A program made the translations under genes and the position numbers. Source: Carcharhinus amblyrhynchos (lineage: Eukaryota). Taken from it: 64,000 nt of DNA. Of this stretch, positions 1-15,100 are shown piece by piece. The notes beneath the pieces are model-generated. The model worked only from the letters and a program-made list of their open reading frames with translations, was not told where the DNA came from and made no database searches. Within the stretch, counting starts at the first letter, position 1. Every line of letters begins with the position of its first letter. The DNA is taken from positions 62,682,001 to 62,746,000 of the forward strand of contig OZ336885.1 of the NCBI GenBank assembly GCA_965287045.1. Reading direction: 5' to 3'.

Positions 1-73
1 CACAGTGAAATAAATGTGTACTTTGGAACTTGTATTTCATTGCATTATTTATATATTGTTTGCCTCCTAATAG

Positions 74-100
74 AGGACAAGTTGGCCGACAAAGAAAAAG
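74..100 (+). CDS. Micro-exon class A, 27 nt (EDKLADKEK)
   Basis: cctcctaatag|AGGACAAGTTGGCCGACAAAGAAAAAG|gtaacc. Confidence 0.85.
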
Positions 101-3100
101 GTAACCTAAATATAAACTGCAATCCTACCGATAGCAACAACGTTGCAATCTTATGAAGGACCTATTGATATTCTTTGAGAGGAAGTTTATGCCTCATACA
201 CAACGAAGTAGTTTGGCCACTGGATTGACTTGGGCGATTTTGGATAAATATAATTCGATATGTGCAAAACAAGCGCAAAATTGGAGCACATTGTCTGACG
301 CTACTTTGTGATGGCCAAATATTAGGTAACATTTATGGATTAATCAATTGTCAACTTCGATAAACAAAGACTCTTCAATTATAAAATAAACAAATAATTC
401 TGCACTGCAGAACTATGGGAATGCAAAACATCGGTGCAACAATTAGGTGAGTATGGAACGTGACTGAAACACACATTTTTGCAAACTTTTTTAATGTCTA
501 ACTCTGTTTAGTTTCAGATAGAGTTTAACATGTCTGTAACTGTGCACATTTCATGCTTGCAATTGTACACACAAAATGCAATAAAATATCTGGCGGAAAT
601 TTACGAGATGTTGCCCCAGTCTCCAGTTAGCTTGAAAAAAAATAGAGTTGGTCCGTTTCTCCGGCGAGTTCTAATGCCCAACTTTATGAACTTACTTTGA
701 GAAAATAATAGCTAATCTGTGTCTAGACTGGAGAGACTGGGGGTATAGCCTAATGAGCCAGAGAGCGTGCAGATCATATCGCAGGAGCATGGAACTGCGC
801 ATGCATCGAGGCAGCACAAAAATGCAGCTTAGCTGCAAAAATAAACAACTGAGGGCCAAAAATATTCCACGCTCTCCTCCACAGACACCGGAGATCCGAA
901 CATTCCTGCCCCACGCAACTCCCATACAAGCCAACCCCAATGGCGCCCCCTAAACCCTCTGGCAGACGACCCCATCTTCACAGCCCCCTTCCGTACCCCG
1001 CCACCCCTCCCCGCCCAGGCTCTGATGGCTTATTGACATGCCCCCGACTCCCTTGCCACCAATTGCCACAGACGAAAAATACCCACCCCCCCCCCCCCCC
1101 CCCACCCGCCACCTCCATACTAAATCCATAAGCGCACCTGCAAATTACTGCTTGGCTTTTCTTTAATAACAACAACGCAAAATCATTTAACCCGCTGGAA
1201 TGCTCCAGCGGACGCTAAGCTCGATCAACGTTCTTTCAGATGATCTGCCCTGATAAGACAGGCCTGCAGTGTGGAAATAAATTGTCACCAGGAAGACAAA
1301 TCCTAATCTTCAGGAGGCAGACCTGACCAGGTTGCTGGAGGATGCACAAAAGTGATATTCTTCCCCGTAGCAGGACGCCGTCCAAGATGAAGGAATGGAA
1401 TAGTAGCTTGGGAGTCGGTGCAACATGGGGGTTACTGCCAGAGAACTGGACAGGTGAACCGGGAGGCAGTACCATAGAGCGGTCGTGATTTACGGCTTGG
1501 AAACTGGTCCTTCGGTCCACCTTGTACAGGCTGCGCCTTTGTTAACCCATACGTTAGACCCAAATATTTGTGTTTGCTGTACATCAGTCTACACCCACCT
1601 TGCCCATGTAACTGTCTGAACGCGTTTTTAAAGTAAAAATGCTACTGGCTCCGCTACTACCTCTCGCAGTTTGCTCCAGAAACACATTTCCCTCGATGTG
1701 AATCAATTGTCCTTCTGGACCATTTTGTTTCCCTCCTCTCTCACCTTAAAACCATGTGTTCTACTTTTAGTGTCCCCTACATTTGGGAAAATAGCTTGAC
1801 TACCTCATGATCTATATCGGTTATTATTTTGTAGCTCGCTATAAGATCATCTCTGAGCCTCATCAGCTCGAGAGAATATGTCCCAGTATATGCAGCCTCT
1901 CTTTTGAATAAAACCATCAAGTCCCGGTGCGCCCCAGTAAATATTTTCTGTGCTGTTTCTAGTTTGAAATATCCTTTCTATAATAGGGTGACCAGAACTG
2001 TACATTCCATTCCAAGTGTGGGCCTCACCAATGTCTCATACAACTTCAAGAAAACGTACCAACTCCTTTATTCAATGTTCTGACCAATGGATGTCTTCTT
2101 CACCATTCTGTTCAACTGTGACTCCATTTTCAAGGAGTTATGAATCTCTAACCCTAGATATCTTACTTCAATAACTCGTGCCAACGTCCTATTATCAACA
2201 AAGAAAGCCTTGCATTTGTCCAATCAAACAAATCACCTCGCATTTATCCAAGTGAAACTCCATCTGTCATTCTTCAGCCACTTGCCCAATTGGTTAAAAT
2301 CCTGTTGCAATCCTAAATAACGTCCTTCACTGTCCACAATGCCACTAATCTTGATGTCTTGTACAAACTTACGAACGGTACTTGCAAAATAGACATCCAA
2401 CTCATTAAGATAAATGCCAAATAAAAGTGGACGCAGCACCGACTCCTGAGGCACACTGGTGGTTACAGACCTCCGGTTTGAAAAATAACCCTCTACAACC
2501 GCCCTCTGTCTTCTGTCAACAAGCCAATTTGGTATTAATTTGGCTACGTCGCCATGATCACTTGAGATTTAATGCCATGCAACAAACTAACATGCGCCCC
2601 CTTGCCAAACGTCTTGCTAGAATCCATGTGCACACAATCAACTGCATTGCCCTCATCTACCTTCTTGGTTCCACCTGAAAAGAAACCTCAATCAAATTTG
2701 TGAGACATTATTTTCCAATCACAAATGCATGCTGGATTTGCCTAATCAGTCCTTGCATGTCTAAAAGTCTGTAGGTCCTCTCTATCAAACACTTTCAATC
2801 AACTTAATCAGAAAAGATGTGTGGATCATTGGCATGTAGTTCCTGGACTTTTCCTTGCAACCCTTAAACAAAGGCATCACATCTGCCATCTTCCAAAAGT
2901 CAGGTACTTCACCTCTGACTATTGAAGACACAATTATCTCTGTAGAGGACACGTAATTTCCTCCCTAACCTCCCACACTGCTGCACGAACTTGAGTAACA
3001 TCATCCCGGAAACAAGCGATTTTTTTTTTCCTTCAGCTCATATCTGTCTGCCAAATGACCTGTGATGTCCTCCACCATGAGGGCCTGAATGTCGTCAACA

Positions 3101-6100
3101 CCTGACGTCCAACAACCTAGTTTCTCCCATCCAAGACTTTCACAACCGGTGACAACTGAAGGCCACAATCTGAAACGCTGCACGTCTTATGCCACCAGAT
3201 TTACATGGTTCATGTTGTCCCCACAGGGGATGAATGGACATAATCGCGGGCTCAGTGCAAAGACACTGGGTGGTGCGCCTGGTATTCGTGTTCTAACTCC
3301 CTTCGAGCACAGGCACTGGAATTTTTGTAGAGGAGGGCATTGTGATCTTCAGTTACATGATGTGCAATGTAGAGCATAGCGCTGAGCAGATGTTAATCCA
3401 ACTCCTTTTGGAGGAACCTCAACTAAGTCGCATGCAGCTCAGATTCCTTCCCATGCTCTTCACTTAACCTCATGTGCTGTATTGCATTAAGGAACCACAA
3501 CAGGTCTGCGCCATCTGGCATGGTGGACTCCACGGCGCTCCACACTATTCTGCTCCAGGCAGATCACTGGATTCCGCAGAGGTTGTGGATGAAGGGACCT
3601 TCGAGCTGACACCATTTTTGTCTTAGCTTTCATTTTGAAACTCGCCATCACAGAGACCCACACATTGGTGGCTTACGTTCGTGATGATGAATCTGGGTTA
3701 TGCGCTGGTGTGCACAACAAATGTGCAAATGTATATCGGGCGGATGAGAGATCGTCCGAGGCCACAGGTTCACGGGGGCCTGCCCCGCAGCGGGCGCCAT
3801 GTTGCATGCTGTACCTTTGTGATGACTTATCCCGCAATTGCTGGAGGTAAAAGAAGTAGGAATTCGGGGGCCGGCGGGGTGTGTGTGTTGGGGGGGGGGG
3901 GGGGGGGGCATGTTACCAACACTGGACAAGAAGTTTGCAGATGTCCAAAAGTTTACAGGTGGGCCAGCTATTCCCTGCCTTGCGTGGTTCCGAAGCCAAC
4001 GCTCCAAGGTTGGCATCCACAGTGGAAAGCCTCCGGAAGGAGAGCCACACCATGAGTGGAAAGTTACAAGCGACAGCCGAGTCACAGCAGGCGTAGCATA
4101 TGCTAGAACCCAATTGCCCACTCAACACAGGTCAATTCTCATGACCTTAATAGACTTCTCGAGACTCTGCACTCCTTGAAAGGGCAATGCTGACACCCAT
4201 TGGGCTTTGGCTTTAGACTTTGCAAATGTGGCTCAGTTCCAATGGAGCAAGCCTGATTATTTTCATGAGTTGCCTTGTTTCAGAGCACGTTTGCTGCTGC
4301 CATTGTAGTTGATCCCGACTCAGGTGGTCGTCGCAAATGTTTCGTATATCCTGGCTAGAAAACGTGTCCGCAATACGTGCCACGAATGCTCGTGATGATA
4401 AATCTCCCTGCAATTAACGTGTGTCTGAATCTCCATCCTCCGTCTTACTCTCTTCATCCTCCTCTTCCTCATACTACTTCTACTTGGCGTCCCCCCTCCC
4501 CAGCGGTACCTCGCTGGTTCGTCTCCCTGTCGCCTTCCTTCCCAAGAAGGTCACCTGCCTTCTGTGCCAGGCTGTGAATAACACAGCCCGGCATCAAAAC
4601 ACCAGACAATATCAGGAAGCTATATTGGAGGGCCCTGCGGGAGTGGTTAACACTTGGCCTATCACGGGAGGAGGAGGAAGAAGTCATGGAGGCAGACCAA
4701 CATGGCGTTGCTGGAGGAGACCGCCCAGCAGGACGAGCAGGAAGAGAAGGAGGAAGAAAGGGGGGGACAACGCCGAGCAATACCACCAAGGTGGTTGAGT
4801 TCTGGCAGTTTAAATGAGGCATGTGAGGGAGGCCATGATCATCAGGCAGTTCTGCCGCTAGGAACTTGTTATAATGGGTTCTGTTAAGACTCCAACATCA
4901 CCAAGATCCTTCCAATTCCTGCAATGTCGTCACTCCAGAGTTGTGGGCCTGGATACTATGTGATAGCAAGTTCGTTTTGCAGGCAACAAAATGATGATAA
5001 TTCTCAAAGTGCAATTATGATAACGTACTGCTTCAATCTAGGCCGACTCCTACCACAGCTCTGCATGTGCTCTGGTACTAAGGCCCACAACCATAAAGTG
5101 GAACAGGGATCTGAAACACCCGTACAAAACTCTGGAGCCGTGGCTTCGGAGACGCGAGGGAATCGCTGTTGGACTCGGAGGAATCAATTGTTTCGTTTTT
5201 TTTTGAAGTGACATAGAATTGAGTGGGCTCGCCAACTGACATCAAGAGGAAGCATCCCTTCAGCCATAGTCAATGGAAGTGAATTATATTCGACACAAAC
5301 ATGAGACTAGGTACGATGGGTGATGAAAACAAATAATAATGGCAATAAAGGTGTTTTAATAATAAGTTTGATCATTAAAAACATGTGAACGGTAAATGTT
5401 AAGGTGCTAGAAGATCTGTCTAATTCGAAGAGCCCGTCATCTATGCCATCTTAGTGGAACCACTAATGTCTTACCTTATGTGGGCTCACACTGCGTCTCA
5501 GTGTTTGCACACAACTTTCATCGGAGGTGGAGGTGGCTTGCTGCCTATTTCGTCCCGTTGCCTGTACTGCAAGTGGCCCTGGAACTTAGGAGTCCTGGCT
5601 GGCTTCCATCTGCCTCGGACTTCTTCATGTCACACTTTTTCATCCCGAAGCCGCTGAGATGTCTGGTATCAGGAAGAGGGGAGTCATGATGTATAGCTGT
5701 AGCTACCATCTCTTGGGTGGACTGTCCTGGCATGCTCTCAAGCCCTTCCTTCTCCCTTGCAGGTGCAGAAGTCCCGTGGGTCTCTCCTTGGATCAGTGGT
5801 ACTTTTAAAGTGAGCTCCAGACGCTCGGATATAATCTGGCCTTGCCAGTCATGAAGGAACATTTGTGTTCTACTTCTGCTGGATGAGGGTTTTGCGATGG
5901 CAACCTCAGTCTGGAGGCACTTGTTAATGGCCGCAGCAAGTGAACTCTGAGACTGGGCCACACTCTCCTGCCCCACAGACATGAACCTCTGTGATTAGGA
6001 CACACTCTCAAAGGGTAGTGCTGTAGACCGCTAAGTCTCAGTACTATTCCCCGGGACTCCTACAAGCTCTTTAAACTCTGAGACATGGACAGCAGGACCT

Positions 6101-9100
6101 CCATGAGCATGATCAGCCCGTCAGCTGTGGACCTCTGTGACTCGGCCGCTGACCTCTGGAACTCTGCTATGGCCTGCTGTGACTGGTCATCTTTTGGATC
6201 TCATCACTCTTCATGAGGGTTCACTGCCCTTGCCTTTCCACTGCAGACTCCACCCTTGTAGTCCTGGCCAAGAAATCACGCAAGAGAGATAATTGCAGGT
6301 TTGGCTGAAATTTTTGGGACTCCTCCCATTAGCGTCACAGTTAGTCCAGTTTGGCTGTTAGCCTCTCTTACATTCCCTGTCTCTGTTGTTGTGTCTTCAA
6401 TAGCTGAGGGAGAAGTGACCACAAAGGTCCAGTATGCAGGCTGGACCTAGCTGAGACCCCACCACCGGCAGATTCCTGCATGCCAGAGACCTCAGATGTT
6501 CCCTGCCCCACCCGATGTAAACTATCAGACGTGCTCTGCTCTTCAGAGGGTGACCCAGAAGTCTCACCACTAACTGGAACCTCCAACGGATCAATATTTG
6601 GGATGGTCAAGAGCAAACTTAATGCTGACGCCAGAAATGTGCGTCCCAAAGGGGTCCCTTCTCCCGCTTCTACTGAAGGATTGCCTGAGTTGTCTGGAGC
6701 AGGATGGGTGGCAGCCAGTCAGGGTCGAAATGGAATATAGCCCCAGGGTGTTCTGATCTGTTCTTACGACACGGGACAAAAGTTAAAGTGCAAGGGGTTG
6801 AAATGTATCCACAATGCAAAAAAAGATAGTTGTCATTCACCAGCGAACATCAAGCAGAGCACCATGAAGATGACATCACAGCAACACGACCCTTTGTCCC
6901 CCAAGCCTACAGCAACCAGGCTGCCAAATTTAATTGTAACCCCTTAGTTCCCGGGGCCAGATGCCTCTAACCGCATCCCATTCACTTAGATGTAAAGACA
7001 CAGCTTTAAGGGCAAAACCATCTGTCGCTGCAACATCTCTGGCAGCAAGTTCGAGACAGACATCACCCTCACCGTGCAAATAAAAATGCCTCGTACATTT
7101 CCTTAAACTTTGCTCCTTGCCAAAATAAAAATGCCTGAAATTAAGGCGAAAATTGACAGATTCTCCATCTTGATCCCTGCTCAACCAATCCGCCTGTGAC
7201 AGTCCACATCTCTCGTTCCCTGGACAGCTCCAACGTCCACTTTTCAAAAGCAGTGAGAACCCGGAGGTTTGACTCAAAACCGCCTGTCTTCACCATCTGT
7301 CTGGTGCTATTGTTGGCCTTCTCCTGTGGAGCAGAAGGAGCGGTGAAATAAACGAAGTGAAAGGGCCATGGTACCTTTGGGTGAGATAAGAGGAAGGTGG
7401 TTGGAGTGTCAGGAGCTGGAAACATGCAGGGCACTGGGGATGGAAGGACCTGGGACAGACTTAGTGGAAGTTGCTAGATGGAGTTAAGCACTCACCCTTG
7501 CGGCCCGGTTGACGTCATTAACCGTGTGGCAAGTCTGTTTCCCTGTTCTGGTGGCCAGTGTCATAGCACTGAGAGAGGCGATGATTCCCAGGCCGCATCC
7601 CCATCAGTCCCACTGGCATCATCCCTGGGGACGATGATGTCCCAATTCCCCTCCGTCACATTCAGCACATCCCGAGATCACCCTCAGTAAATCGGGTAGC
7701 GTGATGGACTGGTTGTTTGGTCTTATTTTCTTCCACTGCCTGTCTGTCTGTTCTTCCTTTGGTTTGTTCGGGAGCTCCTCCTTGTTTGGGCCGATCAGCT
7801 GCAGGCAGTTTGGCAGAGCATTTCTGCAAGATACATGCAATTTGTTTGTAGGAGTTGAGGGGGAAGGAAGTGATTTCTTGAAGGTATTATACTGCGTGGA
7901 CGGTGCATCAGTCGCCCTGTTATTAGGGCAGGGCTGCCGTACAGTCATCAAAGTCAGAAGGAGATGAGGACCTTCTGCAGAAAGGACCGTGATCGGCGTG
8001 AGGAAAACAGGGTACTAGTTCTGGCTCAGTCAGTGAGGGAGAAGGGGCGGCGATCACTGGTCTTCTGATCAGTGGGCAGAGTTGTACATCTATCACTCTG
8101 CCTTAGATCGGTGGATGGGATTTGGGCTCTGCTGCCACTCTCTGGATGGGTGAGGGTCGGGGGTGGGCGGGAGGGGGGGGGGGGTTCGCTGCCACTCAGC
8201 CTGATATCGCTGGGGGAAGGGGGATGTGCCTGTGATCGGTCAGCATGTCGAGGAGATTGGGTATAAGGGGGTCAGTTCTATTATGGGAAAACGGATGCTG
8301 AGGCCAGACGGAGCATTATCCGAACTGGAATATAAGTGGCAAGCTCCGTGCTGAGAGTCTAAGTTTCGACTTCGTCATCAAAAACTGCAAACCACTCACC
8401 CAATCACCCGCACACTACCCCTCATCCATTGCCCCCCCCCCCCCCCAACCCAACACCACCAAGCCCCCACCCCCCAACACACACACACACACACACAAGT
8501 GAAGCACGGAGCAGCTTGAAGGCAAATAATTACATCATTTGCTAACATTTCTGATCAAGGGCCAGAATTCGACTTCGACGATTAGAAATATAGCTCGCTA
8601 ATATCTTCATAATAGTGAAAAAAAAACACAATAAACATGTGAATTGGCATTTCGTCCGTTTTGGGAGAGATCCCCATCACACGCATTTTCTTTTCGCGCT
8701 GGAGTGGGAATGGGATCGATATCAAGTGGTATTTCCGCTAGCAGTTTAACGCAATTTTATACAGCAATTTCCAGCCGTAAACCAGCCGCAACAAGGTCGT
8801 TAAATACAGCCTTACTATGACGTTTTGCAACAGCAGTGCCTTTTCGAAATTGAATAGAGATGCCGATCAAATGTCGATTTGTGATACAGATCAAGATATT
8901 GAAAAGTTGTGTAAAAGTATCAACCAAATAACATTATGCTACATTCTTGCTTTGCACGATAAACTAACCAACATTGCAGTAACCTGCATCAATTTACCAA
9001 ACGTTGGCAATACCATTACTTCCTAATAGAAGCGAGATTGGAAGAAACAAACGGAGGTAAACATATTCAATCATTGCAAACTTCTAAAAAATGTGAATGA

Positions 9101-12100
9101 TTAATCAAGACTGGTTTAATTTGCTTTGACGACCAACGAAATACAAAATACTGTGGAGCTTGGAAACCTCAAATAAAAGAAAATGTTGTATAAGGTCAGA
9201 AGGTTCGTCTGCAAATGTCGTATCATGTGTGGACATAAGCAATGCAAACATTTCGGATCTACATGGTCATTTCACAGTTTTGAAGAAAGTTGTGAATTTA
9301 CTGAATTATGTTGTTGGAATATTGACGGGGAGCACAGACAGAATAAGAAACCACTGTATGATTGGGGCAAACAATATTGATGAAATTATCATGGGTTTCA
9401 GAAGAATGGGAACATTAATAGACACTTTAGCAGATCGCAAAAATGAGAGAGCAGAATGAGCTTTTGCACCAATTTCCCAGAAATGGACACGTGGTAACGA
9501 TAAGAAAGGGAGGGATTGGCTTCCCGTAGAACAACGAACTGAATTAATCCTCGTTAAAATTCCCACATGTTAATTTTGACCCCGTTGTAGTGAGGGTGGC
9601 TGTTTGTATTGAAGGACAAAAAAAAGTTTATTGCTTAAAATTTTTGAACTCAATCAGCCCAGAACGCCTAAACGTGCCAAAAATAATGGCCTGAATCTGT
9701 TCCCTACGCCACCTTCCCCTCTTCCACAATTGGGGGTGGTCATCTCTGCAAGATTCCATCAGACCAAGGAGGCAAGTTTTGGCATGAGAGTCGATGTTGC
9801 GTGGCAATGGCATTCTACTGGCAAGGTAGACATAAACTTTTGGTTGACAAGACACGGATATTTGAAATACGTTCATTTGAGTCAAGTTGAAAAAATTAAA
9901 AAATGCTGAAGGATAGAGAACAAAAGTTGGAATACTCCTGTCCTCCACTTTTGTGCATGCCCAGATGGAAGTTGTGCACTCACAATTTCAGTATAAAGGA
10001 AGCTAACCGTATGACCACCTTGAGGGCATCGGTGGATACAACTGAATGTTTGCTCTTATAACATTTTCAGGCGAGAGGTACTGTTGAGGCAACATCATGA
10101 ACTGATGCATAAAAAAACATATGCTCAAAATTGCACCTGTCCCAAAATTATTTGTACGAGATTAGTGTTACGTTGCTAATCATTTCAGAACATAAATGAG
10201 CCATATGCTTCTCAGATGAGGTTCTGTTCGAATTTAAAACACATCCGACAGAATTGATGTAATTGAACTGAATAGATGGGGAGAGAAAATGTATAGTTAA
10301 TATAACGATTCTTAAGAATGTGAAGGTTTAGTGAGAAAAAGATTATTTTCCATCACTTCATCAAACGTATTTGGAGAATTCTCAGCAAATTCAAAATCAT
10401 CCATGGTTCCATTAAAACCAGGAATATCACAAGAAGTAGTACAAATAATACGTATGGAAGATTTTATTTTAGGCAAGGATGGAAGTATTGACACAAATTC
10501 TGGTCCAGGATTCCTGACCAGAACCCTGGTGCTCAAGCGGTATGGACAGATGGATTTTGAAGAGAAGTTTCATAATCAAAAAAAAGTATATATCTTTATG
10601 ATTAAGAAGTAAAGACAATTCAGGAGGAATGCGTTTTTGAGCAGAATATTTTGCTAAGTTCTAAGCTAGTAGATAAAGAAATGATTCTCAATTAGCAGAT
10701 AAGGAAAATAGAAACCAGAGTAGGTAGAAGTTTTCTGGTAAAAATAATAGCGTAGAAAGTTGGAAGAGTTATTTTACGCAATGTGGGAATTCGACGGAGG
10801 TGCCTGCAAATTCTGGTGCTGGAAGTGAATGCGATTAAAAACTTAAAACAACGTATGCATGCACACAGGAGCATCAACGATTGAGAGTCGTAGGTTTCGA
10901 AGAATAGGATTGTACAGCGTCACTTGGCCTAGAAAGCACTTGTATTCACTTGATGGAACAAATGCATTTTACATTGGTGATAACGAATAAAGGGCTCAAT
11001 TACACAGTCGGAGCTCCTAAATTAATTCAAGGACACATGTTTTGTTTTTCATTTTATTATGAATTATCCAGAATTATCCAAATGCCAAGAAGTTTCAAAG
11101 GAATTGGGTAAGCAGTGAGCAAAGTATCACTTTGAAACAGGTACAAAAGTTGAAGTTATCATTCTAGCTTTGCAACTTCACGTGCTATCAGATTTCAATA
11201 AGCATCGTCTCAAAGTATAGGAAACCATAAGAAATGTTGTTCCTGAATCAATATGTGTATTGGAAATCAGGTATAAGACACGTTTTGTACAAGTTCGTGA
11301 CGCAGCAGGCGAAAATACAAAGGCAATCATTCTTCTAGAAAAAAAATAAACACTATTGAATAATTCCTGCCGATATGTGATCGGCGCAAGATAGTTATTT
11401 AATATTAAATGTGAGATATCACGCATTTTTGCCAAGAACGTGCTCTAAACACAGAGGGAAAACGTGCTATCTAAAATTTCCACTTCCGTTGATTCGCAGT
11501 TGATTTTCAGCATCTTTCTTATGTATGCACGTACCAATGCAAATTAATCAATAAAACAAATAAACGAAATAGAGAAATTAATGCAATCTACTGGGACATT
11601 TTCTGTCAACAGCGGGACGTTGCCAGGGCCTTCACTATTAATTTACAATTAATTAACGTACGATTAACATTCACTTATTTCCACATGTTACCACAATGCG
11701 TATTCTACTTTCCAGGTTTTGCATTCTCGCTGCCAATGTAAGATCGCTTGCAGGCATTACCTGAGAATGAGTTCACGTATCTTCTCGTGAAACTTCATAC
11801 AGTGAGGAGATCACCAGAACAAAAAAAAATCCCAAAGTTTGTCAATGCGCATCATTATAGCAGTACTGGAATTCGTTCTTGCTGTCATCATATCTCTTAA
11901 CGATGTCCTGATTATTACATTAATTTCCACTTATTGCTTCGGGCATTTTCCACTCCTCCTTGCGAGTGTTATCCGACATAAACCGGCTGCCGATCAAATA
12001 GCTTCTTTAAATTTGGGATAGTTGTTTTCGCTTTTGGCCCACTGCATTCCTGACGCTATAATCCATTAGTCCTCAACTCGAATGACTACCGTAAATATTG

Positions 12101-15100
12101 GTCAACAACTGTACCATGTGTTTAATCACCAGCTTCGTGTTGGCGACATGCGCATTAAAACAAATATCCTGTTATGTAACTTATAAAAACTAATTTGTCC
12201 TCGTCCTAGTTAATGCTGCTCCAACCCAATTGGAAATCGTAGACCTTTTTTTTTCCATAACTGCTATATTTATAACGAGAAACTCAATTAGTTGTCTTTT
12301 TTTTTTCATTTGAGCACAATTTGGCTCACTTCAATTATATAGCAAATCGCCAGCGAAAGTGGCATTGAATCTGCTCAGAAATGTAAGTTGACTCAAGATT
12401 ATTCAAAGAACACTCTTGCTTATGCCTGTGCATAATGGATGGCATTTTCCAATCCAATGCAGGAATTTGAAACGCCCGCAAAGATGAGCTTCTTTGCAAA
12501 TGATATCCAAAATATTTTGCGTCTGAATTGACAGAAGTACGCGCGCGCTCGCGCGCACACACACACACATACACACACACACACACACACAACATTCACT
12601 CCCCCCCTTCAAAACCGCAAAATGACATAATTTTCAAGGACTTAAACTATCTGAAAACAAATGGTCAGCAAGACAAAGCAACATCCCGTTAAGAAGCTTC
12701 CCATCGTAGCAAAAGTTTACAGCATTTGTGGGACATACATTGGCAGATCTCTTATCTGTAATAAAAGGATTAAAATGAAGCATTGTTTGCTCCACAAAAA
12801 ATGATATATCTGATCCACCAGAAGTCAGCACGCAGCGCCTTCATTGGCCATGAAATATAGCTCCCACTGCTGACATGGACAATAAAACAGTTGTACAATG
12901 ACATGAATGACCTCGGAACATTTTTTTTTAATCTGGGAAATTCTGGCCCCTTCTTGCGTATTTAAAAACGATGGTAACAGATTAATCATTGTACTGTCCT
13001 TCGTTGTTCCGATTATATCAACGTCCATCACATTGTTGAATGCTTTCTCCAAATTAATTGGGCCAAAAAGCTTCATTTTTTGAGTTTCTCCATTACTTCT
13101 ATCGTTAAGTTTTTCTTTCGAAATCATTTTTCTGCACTTTCCAAGCACGATGAAACATACATGAATTGGAGTGTTGCTCTCCTGGCAGCGCCCCACATGG
13201 GTTTTGAGAAGCGAAATATATCTGACCAATTCCTACATTTCAGTTTTGCTTTGAAAAGTGTGTATCTGTTCAACCGAATTAATGTTCATTTTCAATTGTA
13301 GTTATTATCCATCCATAACAAAGTTCACGGAGTGGCACTGACGAATGGGCCTAGAAAAAAAATCATTGTTTTTGTTTCATAATAATAAAAACAAAATACT
13401 GTGAATAAAATTCTAATATATACCAGGAGAGTAAAGATTGGAAGGATTGCAAACTCCGAGCAGGTCAATCATCCAAAATATGTGCCTTTTTATGCAGAAG
13501 GAACTATAGAGTGCATACGCGATATGAATATTAACATTTACAGCGCACATATTCAATGTGGGCGGAGACAACATGCTTTGTTTGACAGACCTTTCAAGAA
13601 CGAAAGAACGAATCTTAACAGATTCCATTGAGACGAAACGAATGCATGGATATGTTTACTTCCTCAAGGGAGCAACTATGATCAAGGAAGCGTTGCTAAA
13701 ATGTGATCAGTGGACAATAGCCTTTCCAGGAGAAACATAATAAACTTTTAAAAAAATGTAAAGTTAAGTGGGTCCTATGACCGTATTGAGATTGTTTATC
13801 TTGTTCCTGCAGACAGCTAACAGAAACAGTGAGGGCATTTTCGTCACGAAATGTTTCACAAACCTTAATCAAAATATCACTCTCAGGCTGATACTTATGA
13901 GACTTGAGGACTTGCAGCGTTACGCTAATCAAGGAAGAAGATAAAACTGGAAATGATTTGATTCTAGGTGATTCATGACGTCCGGAAACATTGTGGCATT
14001 CATCAAGTTTGGGTGATTTGCTGTCAGCTCTGAAAAAAAAAATGTCCAGAATCGAACGTCTGCTCTATTACAGCGCCACTGGACCCCTGAGACCTGCTGA
14101 AGTTTTCCAACATTTTCTGTAGATTAATGTTATACATTTCTACGTTTCGGCAAACGTACGACATTTTAAAAATAATGTTTTATCACTCTTGGTATAATAC
14201 ATGTCGGCTCTCCGACAGATGCTGTAATCACCCAGAGCGCAGACCAAATCCCCATGGAATTCATTTAGTTTTGTTTTGCAGTATCTGATCACTGCAAATT
14301 TGACGTAATTTATTTTTTTCTTACAGATATAACTGTCCCACTTATCAGCATACTGTATCATGCAGTTGCTGAGATGACAACACTAACGCGCTCTGAAAAC
14401 ATTTGCTGGGTCGTACATCTCGTATAGCTTCTATAAAATCAACACTTGCTGATATAAGCCCAGTACGTGTTTCTGATATTCCTACCCTCACCCCTGCTCC
14501 TGTTTCTGGAATATGAGATCTATTTTACTTATTTATTAAGGATGCAGGTATGGCTGGATGCATGAGCAATAATTTCTCACCCGATATTGGCCCTGAGAAT
14601 GCGTCAGAGGAATACATTATTGAACCGCTGCCTTCATGCCGTGTATGAATACCCAGATGTGTTTTAACATTTCCCGGAGTTTGACTGACCACAAGTGAAG
14701 GATAGGAAAATCTAACTCAGATTTATGTGAGGACCTCGCGAGACAGTTACAAGTGACAATGTTTCACGGTTTCAGCTCCATTTGACCTTCTAATATATGA
14801 GTCTCGCGTTGCGACAATGTCGTTGAAGCAGACCTGATGCGCTATTGCAATCGAAATGATTTTTTTTCCTGCGGCAGAACATCAGCGAATGTGAAAGAAA
14901 ACAGCGTTATATCAATGATGAGAGAACGTAAATGGGCAGATTTCAGAAGTATCAGACTACACTTGAGTATGAGAGACAAATGTAGGTGTTCAGCACGGCG
15001 CTCAATTAGTACAGAGACCGTCCAAGTTTAGTCCTTATTTTTCCAGCTGCACACTGAATTCATTATATAAAGACAAGGGTTACAGTGGAGAAGAATGCCA

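Noticed and set aside
11061-11080. 10-bp tandem repeat gaattatcca x2 at the acceptor of exon 11072, suggesting a duplication created the splice site
   Set aside because: atccag is also the acceptor of C exons 53023 and 61688, so it is probably ancestral.
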